The notes under the pieces were generated by a model, which did no database searches, was not told the DNA's origin, and saw only the letters and a list, made by a program, of their open reading frames with translations. From an uncultured Chitinophagaceae bacterium (GTDB taxonomy: Bacteria > Bacteroidota > Ignavibacteria > UBA10030 > UBA8401), in NCBI GenBank assembly GCA_964439265.1, contig CAYTOA010000004.1, forward strand, positions 49,262-81,261: a stretch of DNA of 32,000 nt. The letters run 5' to 3'. Positions 19,483-26,978 of this stretch are shown here, in pieces. How positions within the stretch are numbered: position 1 is the stretch's first letter; the number at the start of each line of letters is the position of its first letter. The position numbers and the translations under genes are program-made.

Positions 19483-20343
19483 CTAAACATTCCTATTCAG
19501 AATATCAATACATTGCAGCATCGACTGCATTTTCAACTGCTGACCTTTCTTTTCGAATACCAGTACCAAATTTCTCATCATTCTTTCGAGAATTTGCCTA
19601 TTGGAAACTGGCTCAAGATATTCATTCTTAAATGCATAGCCTAGTTTTTTCAGAGAATTCTTACAATCGTCCACGGAGAGAACTATTCCGCCATTGAAGG
19701 GATCGGCAAACAACGATCTCTGGCCGAAATCATACCGCAGAATGAAATGTCCGGGCATCCCAATACCCTGGACCGGGAAATTCAGCCTGCGCAACACGAG
19801 CATATAGATCACGGACAGAGTGATCGGTACTCCCTGTTTTGTTTCAATAACTTTGTTCAGAAAGTGATTATCCGTATCGTAGTAGTCGGATTCATTTCCC
19901 GTAAATCCCTTTTCAGCGGAGAAGTAACTGCCGATCTTTGCAGCAATCTCCTCACCTGGATCGGACGGGTCCAGGTGCGATTGAAATTCACTTGCAAAGA
20001 AATTCAATAAGTCGGAATAGATGTGCATATCAACGCTCGGATAGGCATGCTTTGCGATGAGGAATGCTCCCTCCTCCAGGTCAAGATCGCCCTTGTACTT
20101 TTCGCAATATGCGCGTAATTGCTCCTTGAAAGCGCCCAGAGAAATCGATTCATAAACTTCACGTATCCGCTGCTGCATCAGGGAATCGTCGGGTTGCAAG
20201 CAACTCTCCAGTACCGGCAATGCTTGCTCACCCGTCAGAAGAAGATGTTCTTTGGCTACTGAATAAATAGAATCGTCTTCATCGTCAAGGAGGTAAATCA
20301 ATGATTTTAAACGATTTATATCTATCTTATTAATCTGTTTCAT
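19483..20343 (-). CDS. SirB1/YchA-like protein (transglutaminase-like fold, C-terminal helical repeats)
   Basis: 286-aa ORF. The segment YYDTDNHFLNKVIETKQGVPITLSVIYMLVLRRLNFPVQGIGMPGHFILRY matches my recollection of the SirB1-family (COG2912) core (YY.p.Ns.L..Vl..r.G.PItL..l....a.rlgl...gv..PgHf.lr). The function of this family is unknown. Confidence 0.6.
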   Translation of the reverse strand: MKQINKIDINRLKSLIYLLDDEDDSIYSVAKEHLLLTGEQALPVLESCLQPDDSLMQQRIREVYESISLGAFKEQLRAYCEKYKGDLDLEEGAFLIAKHAYPSVDMHIYSDLLNFFASEFQSHLDPSDPGEEIAAKIGSYFSAEKGFTGNESDYYDTDNHFLNKVIETKQGVPITLSVIYMLVLRRLNFPVQGIGMPGHFILRYDFGQRSLFADPFNGGIVLSVDDCKNSLKKLGYAFKNEYLEPVSNRQILERMMRNLVLVFEKKGQQLKMQSMLQCIDILNRNV

Positions 20344-20350
20344 AACATAG

Positions 20351-21199
20351 TCAGATGGGTTTGCGTTGAGGATAGTTCTCCATGAGACCGTTCTTTAAGA
20401 GTTTGAATGCTTCGCCAGGAGTGTCGGCAAATTTGAACAAGTTAAAATCCTCCTCGGCAATCATTCCATAGTCCTTAAGTTGACTAAAATTCAAGATGTG
20501 CTCCCAAAATTTCGTACCATAAAGAATCACCGTCATCTTCTTTTTGATTTTCTTCGTCTGGAGCAGCGTCAGCAACTCCATAAGTTCGTCCAAGGTCCCA
20601 AAACCCCCGGGAAATGCCACCAGCGCCTTCCCAAGGTACATGAACCAGTATTTCCGCATGAAGAAATAATGGAACTCGAAGTTCAATTCCGGCGAGATGT
20701 ATTTATTCGGAAATTGCTCAAGCGGCAGACCAATGTTCAGTCCCACCGATCGGCCCCCCGCGAGTGAGGCTCCCTTATTCGCCGCCTCCATTATGCCGGG
20801 ACCTCCGCCGGTAGCCACAACAAAGCGATTCTTCTCCTTCAGCGATGCCGACCATCTTGTCATAAGGAATGCAAGCTCCGCAGCGTCCTTATAGTACGAA
20901 GACATTTCAACGGCGATCCTCGCTTTGCGGTATTCCTCCGATTGCCTGTAATCGTTCCTTTTCTTTTTTTTCAGCTTTGAGATGGTTCCGGACAGCTTCT
21001 TCCGCGCAACGGATGGAGATTGTATGCGGGCTGAGCCGAAAAAGACGATAATATCTTTGACCCCGAAATAATTGAAGCGACTCAATGGCTCCAAAAATTC
21101 CGAAAGAATTCTTATCGGACGAGCATCCTTACTGTTAAGGAAACGCGGGTTCTTGTATGCCCGTAAAGGCAAGCGTTGCTCGTACTTTCTTGCCGTCAA
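20351..21199 (-). CDS. LOG-family / TIGR00730 Rossmann-fold protein (nucleotide 5'-monophosphate nucleosidase-like)
   Basis: 282-aa ORF with GGGPGIMEAANKGA and PGGFGTLDELMELLTLLQT (the LOG PGGxGTxxE motif). It also has the N-terminal AYKNPRFLNSKDARPIRILSEFLEP extension seen in the longer LOG subtype. Confidence 0.85.
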   Translation of the reverse strand: MTARKYEQRLPLRAYKNPRFLNSKDARPIRILSEFLEPLSRFNYFGVKDIIVFFGSARIQSPSVARKKLSGTISKLKKKKRNDYRQSEEYRKARIAVEMSSYYKDAAELAFLMTRWSASLKEKNRFVVATGGGPGIMEAANKGASLAGGRSVGLNIGLPLEQFPNKYISPELNFEFHYFFMRKYWFMYLGKALVAFPGGFGTLDELMELLTLLQTKKIKKKMTVILYGTKFWEHILNFSQLKDYGMIAEEDFNLFKFADTPGEAFKLLKNGLMENYPQRKPI

Positions 21200-21700
21200 C
21201 TACTTCCCACTTAATGATTGATGGAATATCCTTGCTATCATTTCAGCAATTTTTTCTAAATACATCCCGTCTATCTCATCGAATGAATTTAGCTCGGCAC
21301 TGTCTACGTCCAATACGCCAAAACAATCCCCGCCATACTTCAACGGTACCACTATTTCCGACCTTGAGCCGGGGTCGCACGCAATATGTCCCGGAAAAGC
21401 ATCGACGTCCGGAACGATGATTGTCCTTCGCTCTTTTGCCGCCTTTCCGCATACGCCCTTTCCGACGGCGATACGAACGCAGGCGACCTTACCTTGAAAC
21501 GGACCAAGAATCAACTCACCTTCTTCGATGCGATAGAAGCCAACCCACGAATATTGCAGAAACGCAGATTTTAGTGCGGCGCTGACGTTCGCCATGTCTG
21601 CGACAAGGTCATCTTCACCGGCAACGAGGGCCGCAAGTTGAGGGAGCAATTCCTCGTACCGCTCCTTCTTGCCTTCAGCGAGTACCGCTATTGTTTCCAT
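21200..21700 (-). CDS. msrC: GAF-domain free methionine-(R)-sulfoxide reductase-like protein (YebR/MsrC family)
   Basis: 166-aa single-GAF protein with WVGFYRIEEGELILGPFQGKVACVRIAVGKGVCGKAA...VPDVDAFPGHIACDPGSRSEIVVPL, including the conserved Cys positions of the fRMsr family. Its stop codon directly abuts the LOG start codon. Confidence 0.8.
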   Translation of the reverse strand: METIAVLAEGKKERYEELLPQLAALVAGEDDLVADMANVSAALKSAFLQYSWVGFYRIEEGELILGPFQGKVACVRIAVGKGVCGKAAKERRTIIVPDVDAFPGHIACDPGSRSEIVVPLKYGGDCFGVLDVDSAELNSFDEIDGMYLEKIAEMIARIFHQSLSGK

Positions 21701-22730
21701 GCATATTATCTTCCTGATTAAAGACCCGGTCGATTATGATCGGAACCGCACTCTCGCCGCTGACATATTGAGCGTGAAGCCGTGCAAACTCTTTTCTGAC
21801 CACTCCGAGTCCCGCGAACGAGCCGTCATCATTGGCGTCATGAGCAACGTTTGTGATGATGCCGATGTCTTTTCCGTCGCATGCGATTGGTCCTCCTCCG
21901 GAATGAACAAGACGCCCGTCTCCACGGAAACTGCAGAGCGTTCGCTGAATCTTCTTGTAGGTGTCGAGCCGCGCTACAACTTCCTGTCCAATGTAGCAGC
22001 CTTTCGTGAAACTAATTTGGGTCCGAAAATTCAATTCAAGGGGGTTGCATTCAGCCATGATTTCCCGCGAGTACTGCGGAATTCCGCGCCGGATCTTAAA
22101 GAGTTCAAAAGCGTCATACCCAACCTGGGCGTCCATGTAAGGACTGAGATGATCCGGAAAACTCACGTCGGCATCCGATATAGAGAAGAGGGCATCCACG
22201 TCATAATAGTTCGAACGGAATACCCGGACACCGAGTTTCTCCAAAAAATCGTCTGGATGAATCACGGCAAAAATAATATGTCGTCCCGTTTCGTCGTTGA
22301 CTCTCAGGTCTTCTGCGATAATGAATTTCTCGATCCATTGCATTACGGATAACTGCGCGTTCGGGCTTGCGATCAGCAGGATGTGATCGCTCATGTGGAG
22401 CGCGACGACCGAATCGACCACTCTCCCCTTCTCCGTTGTCAATACAGTCTGCACCGAGTCGCCGGGCAGAAACTTTCTGAAATCATTGGATGAAATCCTG
22501 TTCAAAAAATCGGCGGCATCACTGCCGTCCAGGCGAAGGAGTCCGTGGCCGGAGAAATCGACAAGAGCGCTTCCCGTTTCAAGAAGGCGGACCTCGTCGC
22601 GGACGGAATGAAAGCGTATCGGCTGCAACCAGCCATCCCGTTGCCGCAACAGGACGTTTGACCGCTCATAGTATTCCTGCAGTGGAAGCCGGCAAATTTC
22701 TTTCGGCGGATATGTCGCGATCTCATCCAT
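21675..22730 (-). CDS. ygfZ: YgfZ-type folate-binding protein (GcvT/aminomethyltransferase fold)
   Basis: 351-aa ORF with a GcvT-like N-terminal region (LVDFSGHGLLRLDGSDAADFLNRISSND) and the YgfZ signature K-G-C-Y-x-G-Q-E (FTKGCYIGQEVVARL). Its 3' end overlaps the msrC-like start by 26 nt. Confidence 0.8.
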   Translation of the reverse strand: MDEIATYPPKEICRLPLQEYYERSNVLLRQRDGWLQPIRFHSVRDEVRLLETGSALVDFSGHGLLRLDGSDAADFLNRISSNDFRKFLPGDSVQTVLTTEKGRVVDSVVALHMSDHILLIASPNAQLSVMQWIEKFIIAEDLRVNDETGRHIIFAVIHPDDFLEKLGVRVFRSNYYDVDALFSISDADVSFPDHLSPYMDAQVGYDAFELFKIRRGIPQYSREIMAECNPLELNFRTQISFTKGCYIGQEVVARLDTYKKIQRTLCSFRGDGRLVHSGGGPIACDGKDIGIITNVAHDANDDGSFAGLGVVRKEFARLHAQYVSGESAVPIIIDRVFNQEDNMHGNNSGTR

Positions 22731-22771
22731 TGTTAATAGGTTTAACAGCCTTCAAGCTAAAATAATTTCCC

Positions 22772-22805
22772 AAAAAAAGAGGAGCACCCTCATCAAGTGC
22801 TCCTC
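22772..22805 (-). terminator. Rho-independent terminator closing the MotAB/FliG-like operon
   Basis: Read on the minus strand: GAGGAGCAC-uugaugagg-GUGCUCCUC, a perfect 9-bp GC-rich stem with a 9-nt loop, followed directly by UUUUUUU. It begins 24 nt after the stop of the 606-aa gene. Confidence 0.8.
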
Positions 22806-22828
22806 ACAAGTATCCGAAAATGCTTATT

Positions 22829-24649
22829 TCATTGAATCTGAGCCTCTTCCGGCTCTTCTCCCGTTTCAAGCGCAGAAGAAGTCTGGACGCCGCCTGCTTT
22901 GATGTATTGGCGCACCATTCTCGTTATACGTCTGCGAGCCTTCAGTTCATCGTCGGGCGAAACAGCTTTCATCGACGTCAGTCTGTCTTCCAGGATAATC
23001 CTCGATTTTGAGGGGAGCACCGAGAGGAACCGTTCTGAGATATCTGGAGGTGCATTCTTTAGCGCGATTGCGATCTCGTCGCCCGAAATATCTTTGACGA
23101 TCTGGCGAAGCATGCGCTCATCCAATTGGCTGATTGCGTTGAACGAAACCCGCTGGCTCGTGATCTCACGGTAGAGGTCAAGGTTCACGACCTTGATAAA
23201 CTCGATGATCGAAGATTCGGACGTTTCGTCGATGTTGTCGAAGATATCCAGCAACAGGTCTGTGCCCTGTACCTGGACGTTGTTGATCACCGGGATCGTC
23301 GAGGCCTTCGCGGCAAGCTGCTTGGCGACCGAAACATATGTGTCCGACGTGAGACGCCGCAGTTTTCCCAGCTCAAGCGCCACTTCGCCCTGCTGCATCG
23401 AAGGGAGGTTCTTCAGCATTGAGCTCGCTATCGGCGTCGTCAGTTGTGACAAGATAATTGCGATAATGCCGGGGGGTTCATCTTTCATCAACAAATAAAG
23501 CTGGGGCTCAGATAATCTTTCGAGGAAGGCGAAAGGATTTTGTTTCGAATTTCCCGCTTCCGAAAATCTTTTTACGGCAAGCTGATTCTGAAAATACGTC
23601 AGTGCTTCCCTCGTCTCTGCCGGAGTCCTCTCCTGTTTTTCCAGCGTGAGGGATTGGAGTGCTTTCATCTCTTCAATTGAAAAGTGGTCGCGCATCACCT
23701 GCAGGACATTGTTGCCGAGCTGCCCGATGATCACCGTGAGTCTTTCTTTTTGATTCGAGTCCGAAATCAAATCTCTGATCACATGCGACGTCAGATCGGA
23801 TTCGCCGGCGCACGTCACGATGAGATTCGAGCGCACTTTATCGACCTCTATGGCTTCCTGATATTCTGCGTTTGAATCTGCCATCGCCTGCTGCGCGGAA
23901 ACGACCTGAGCCTCTTCTCCCTGCACGGGCTGTTGAACCAGCATTTGAGGCTCCGCCCCTGATTCCTTCTTTCCTCTCGACAACAGCACAATAATAAGGA
24001 TCAGAATCAAAATGCCCAAAGCGATCAGCAGCATCGTTGTCGGATTCAGGAACGCATCCTGCGTCTTCGCCGGCGTGAGGTCGTTTCCCGGCTTCTGTGC
24101 GGCGCGCGCTTCGGCTTCCTGTCTTTCCTTCTCGAGTTCCTGGATTTGTTTTTCCTGTTCCGCCTTTTGCTGCTCTCGTTGTATCTGGAGCGTACTCGCC
24201 GGGAACGACATCTCCTGCAGATCCACCCGGTCGCCCCGGACTTTATTCAGCTTGCCGGTATAAAAAGCGATATTCGTCAAAAGGTCTCGTTCTTCGGGCG
24301 TCCGATTTTTATCGATCAGCATCTTTATGACGATCGACTCAATGCCTATCTGCGGCTTCTCCGTTTCGTCCGATGTCTGAGTCTGCGATTGGAAACCCGA
24401 TACTCCAGGGAGCAGAAAATCCCTGTTATCCCCTTTATCTTTTTTTGCCGGCGCACTCAAGTCTACAAGCGTCACGTCTGCAGTCACGAGGAAATTGAGG
24501 TCGGAAAAATAGCGGCGAATCTCCATCGAGATGCGGTCTTCCAGGTCACGCTCCATTTTTTTCTTCTCAAGCTCCAGGTCAACGGCAAAAAGCTTCGCCT
24601 GCAATACCACAACGAGCAGCACGATGATTCTTGTTAATCGAGTTTTCAT
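22829..24649 (-). CDS. Membrane-anchored FliG-like protein (N-terminal signal/anchor, FliF/YscJ-like periplasmic segment, coiled coil, TM helix, cytoplasmic FliG N/M/C-like region)
   Basis: 606-aa ORF. Residues 1-22 are a hydrophobic signal/anchor (RIIVLLVVVLQAKLFA). Residues ~30-150 form an alternating beta/alpha segment (DRISMEIRRYF..LNFLVTADVTLVDL...IESIVIKMLIDKNRTPEERDLLTNIAFYTGKLNKVRGDRVDLQEM) resembling a FliF/YscJ ring-building motif. Residues ~155-185 are a Q/E/K coiled coil, and ~203-224 a TM helix (TTMLLIALGILILILIIVLLS). Residues ~300-586 are collinear with FliG: FAFLERLSEPQLYLLMKDEPPGIIAIILSQLTTPIASSMLKNLP (EHPQ-box region) and FNAISQLDERMLRQIVKDISGDEIAIALKNAPPDISERFLSVLPSKSRIILEDRLTSMKAVSPDDELKARRRITRMVRQYIKAG (FliG_C including the charged helix). 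Confidence 0.7.
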   Translation of the reverse strand: MKTRLTRIIVLLVVVLQAKLFAVDLELEKKKMERDLEDRISMEIRRYFSDLNFLVTADVTLVDLSAPAKKDKGDNRDFLLPGVSGFQSQTQTSDETEKPQIGIESIVIKMLIDKNRTPEERDLLTNIAFYTGKLNKVRGDRVDLQEMSFPASTLQIQREQQKAEQEKQIQELEKERQEAEARAAQKPGNDLTPAKTQDAFLNPTTMLLIALGILILILIIVLLSRGKKESGAEPQMLVQQPVQGEEAQVVSAQQAMADSNAEYQEAIEVDKVRSNLIVTCAGESDLTSHVIRDLISDSNQKERLTVIIGQLGNNVLQVMRDHFSIEEMKALQSLTLEKQERTPAETREALTYFQNQLAVKRFSEAGNSKQNPFAFLERLSEPQLYLLMKDEPPGIIAIILSQLTTPIASSMLKNLPSMQQGEVALELGKLRRLTSDTYVSVAKQLAAKASTIPVINNVQVQGTDLLLDIFDNIDETSESSIIEFIKVVNLDLYREITSQRVSFNAISQLDERMLRQIVKDISGDEIAIALKNAPPDISERFLSVLPSKSRIILEDRLTSMKAVSPDDELKARRRITRMVRQYIKAGGVQTSSALETGEEPEEAQIQ

Positions 24650-24687
24650 GTTTGATCCGAAAATGTTTGAGATAACAATTTCAATCG

Positions 24688-25356
24688 CTAGACATCACTG
24701 TGGTAATAAATCCGTATAACGACGCGTCGATTATCGTTTCGCGCCTTTTCCGTGAATTGGCCGGTGAGAGGGTCTTTTTCCTTGTTTTGCGGACGGGCGT
24801 CGGCGAAGCCGGTGCTCGACAATCGTTTTCCTTCGATCGAAACCGTGTCCTGGAGGTAATGTACAACCTCGGTCGCACGGGCAGACGATAACTCCCAGTT
24901 AGAGCGAAAGTCCACCGTGCTCCGGAGAGGCGTATCGTCGGTGTGTCCTTCGACCGAAATGAAGGCATTTCGCGCTTTGACAAAATATCCCAGTATTTTG
25001 CCGATGCTGAAGATGGCGTCATATCCTTCCGGACGCAATGCGGCCTTTCCCGGCGGGAAGAGAAGATTGCTTCCGAAACGCAGTTCAATGCCCGCGTCTG
25101 TCATAACGACGTTCACCTGTCCCTTCAACGAAGAATTCTTTTCTATCGTTGTCAGCAACTCCTTCGAAAGGGTCCCAAGGTTCGCCTGCTGCTTCGCTGC
25201 TTCGGTCACCGAGGATGCAAGACTGTCCAGTTTTGACTGGTCGGGGATCGAAAGCGACAGCAACAACGTGAACGATGCAAGCATGGCAGTGAGCAAGTCT
25301 ATATAGCTGACCTGCCAGTGCTGCTCGTCCGTTCTTCGTTTCTCTCGTTTCCTCAT
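24688..25356 (-). CDS. motB: MotB-like stator subunit (single TM with conserved Asp + OmpA-like peptidoglycan-binding domain)
   Basis: 222-aa ORF. The N-terminus is basic, followed by WQVSYIDLLTAMLASFTLLL, the MotB TM/plug pattern (W-x-[IV]-x-Y-x-D-x-x-T) with the aspartate at the proton-binding position. The C-terminus reads VEGHTDDTPL...NWELSSARATEVVHYL...STGFADARP...NRRVVIRI, an OmpA/MotB domain. Confidence 0.85.
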   Translation of the reverse strand: MRKREKRRTDEQHWQVSYIDLLTAMLASFTLLLSLSIPDQSKLDSLASSVTEAAKQQANLGTLSKELLTTIEKNSSLKGQVNVVMTDAGIELRFGSNLLFPPGKAALRPEGYDAIFSIGKILGYFVKARNAFISVEGHTDDTPLRSTVDFRSNWELSSARATEVVHYLQDTVSIEGKRLSSTGFADARPQNKEKDPLTGQFTEKARNDNRRVVIRIYYHSDV

Positions 25357-25361
25357 GTCGG

Positions 25362-26210
25362 CTACCCTCCGCTCTCGGGTGAAAGCTGGGAAACAGCTGG
25401 AACAGAAAGCGCACGGCTCTGTGGAATGTATGACGAAAGTTTATCCTGTATAAACACGGGATGCCTCTTGTCTTTGATCAGGCACAACCCTTCGATGATC
25501 ATTCCCTTGAGTAGGGCTTCTTCGTCTGTCCGTTTCTCTATCTTGTCAGCGAACGGAGCGAAGATAAAGTTCGAAAGGAAGAGGCCATACAGCGTCGTCG
25601 TAAACGCCACCGCAAGCGCCTGGAGGATAGGCCCGAACCCAGCGGCGGCATCGATCTTGGTGGAGAACATCTGGATCAAGCCGACAGTCGTGCCCAACAT
25701 ACCGTACCCCGGCGAGTAGCGCGCCGCAGCCCTGAAAATATTAACGTCCGTCGATTCCCGCTGGGCTTCATTCTCGATACGCGATTCGAGGATGTCCTTA
25801 ATCTCTTCCCGCTTGTAACCGTTGACCAGCATGAGAACCCCGTCGCGAAGGAACGGGTACTTGATTTGATTCGCGTAGTCCTCCAGGGATTCGATATCGT
25901 GCGTGTTGGAATATTGTGCGATGTCTTTTATCGTTTCCAGATACGTCGCGAAATTGATCTTATTCCTGATGTAGACAAAATACAGGGAGCGCACCGAACC
26001 GAACAATTCCCTGAAATTATAGCTGATGAGCATCGAAGAGCTGACGCCGAGAAATACAAAAATAATACCGGGTATGTGTACATAGTGAATAAGCGAATCC
26101 GGGACATACCCTTTTTGCAGCGCATCGACGGTTTCAGATTGAGCGCCGATGATCAGCAGAACATACGCCGCGATCCCAAAGAGAACATACCCGATAAAAG
26201 TTGAATTCAT
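25362..26210 (-). CDS. motA: MotA/PomA-like stator subunit (MotA/TolQ/ExbB proton-channel family)
   Basis: 282-aa ORF with 4 predicted TM helices and a ~100-aa cytoplasmic loop between TM2 and TM3 (YPFLRDGVLMLVNGYKREEIKDILESRIENEAQRE). SPGYGMLGTTVGLIQMF and TTTLYGLFLSNFIFAPFADKI are the MotA TM3 and TM4 signatures, each retaining its conserved Pro. The size and 4-TM topology fit MotA rather than TolQ/ExbB. Confidence 0.85.
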   Translation of the reverse strand: MNSTFIGYVLFGIAAYVLLIIGAQSETVDALQKGYVPDSLIHYVHIPGIIFVFLGVSSSMLISYNFRELFGSVRSLYFVYIRNKINFATYLETIKDIAQYSNTHDIESLEDYANQIKYPFLRDGVLMLVNGYKREEIKDILESRIENEAQRESTDVNIFRAAARYSPGYGMLGTTVGLIQMFSTKIDAAAGFGPILQALAVAFTTTLYGLFLSNFIFAPFADKIEKRTDEEALLKGMIIEGLCLIKDKRHPVFIQDKLSSYIPQSRALSVPAVSQLSPESGG

Positions 26211-26228
26211 ACTGAGCCTTTCGGTTAA

Positions 26229-26954
26229 TTACATTCGATAAAGTATCGCCCGCACATTGTCCATCGACGGATCAAGTTCGAGAGCTTTTTCCCAGCTAAG
26301 TTTTGCATCTGGGAACTGACGTAACATGTAATAGATCGACCCTCGAACTGCATATGCAAGAGCCATGTTGGGCGCAGCATCCACCGACTTGTTGATTTCG
26401 GCAAGCGCCTGAGTGTAACGCCGCTCAGAAAAAAGGCTTTGCGCTGTCTGAAGACTATTCAATGCCCTATTATAGTCGGCGTCATCCTTTGTATATGTCC
26501 CTTGTCCCGGCTGCTTCTTCCGCACTTTGGACGTGTCGACAATATCCTTGATGTCCGAGGCCAAGTCCTCTTCCTTCGGTTTCAACAGCTCATCGGTCTC
26601 ATCGCGGTCATGTTTCTTTTGACTTGCAGTTCGCTTCGGCTGCTCTTCCTCTTCATTAGCGCCTTGCGCATTCTTCTTCAATGCCTGCCCGGAATAATCA
26701 ATAGTGAAATCAATGTCTTTGTTGTAGAGGTCAAGCAGTACATCCATGTTCAGCGTTGGGGTAGTCAATTTCACGGAGGCGGGCGCAGACGGCGTTCCAC
26801 TCTCCTTCGACGGCGCCGATTCCTTCTGATACGCCGATTGAGCTTTCAGTTGACTTTTCGACGCCGAGTCTCCCTGCACCGTCAGGTTCTCCTGACCGAA
26901 TGTCAAAGATAAAATTCCAAAGCTAAACAGCGCTGCGATTAACACTCTTTTCAT
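26229..26954 (-). CDS. Secreted TPR-repeat protein with a long acidic/lysine-rich disordered linker
   Basis: 241-aa ORF. It has an N-terminal signal peptide (MKRVLIAALFSFGILSLTFG|QE; no lipobox Cys) and a low-complexity S/K/E/D region of ~130 aa. The C-terminal ~80 aa carry TPR-like repeats (YNRALNSLQTAQSLFSERRYTQALAEINKSVDAAPNMALAYAVRGSIYYMLRQFPDAKLSWEKALELDP). Confidence 0.6.
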   Translation of the reverse strand: MKRVLIAALFSFGILSLTFGQENLTVQGDSASKSQLKAQSAYQKESAPSKESGTPSAPASVKLTTPTLNMDVLLDLYNKDIDFTIDYSGQALKKNAQGANEEEEQPKRTASQKKHDRDETDELLKPKEEDLASDIKDIVDTSKVRKKQPGQGTYTKDDADYNRALNSLQTAQSLFSERRYTQALAEINKSVDAAPNMALAYAVRGSIYYMLRQFPDAKLSWEKALELDPSMDNVRAILYRM

Positions 26955-26978
26955 AGACAGTCCTTATTTTCGTGTTCG

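Noticed and set aside
21669-22352. A 227-aa plus-strand ORF antisense to ygfZ.
   Set aside because: It has no recognisable motifs. It fully overlaps a minus-strand gene that carries the YgfZ KGCYxGQE signature, so it is the typical shadow ORF of a moderately GC-rich coding region.
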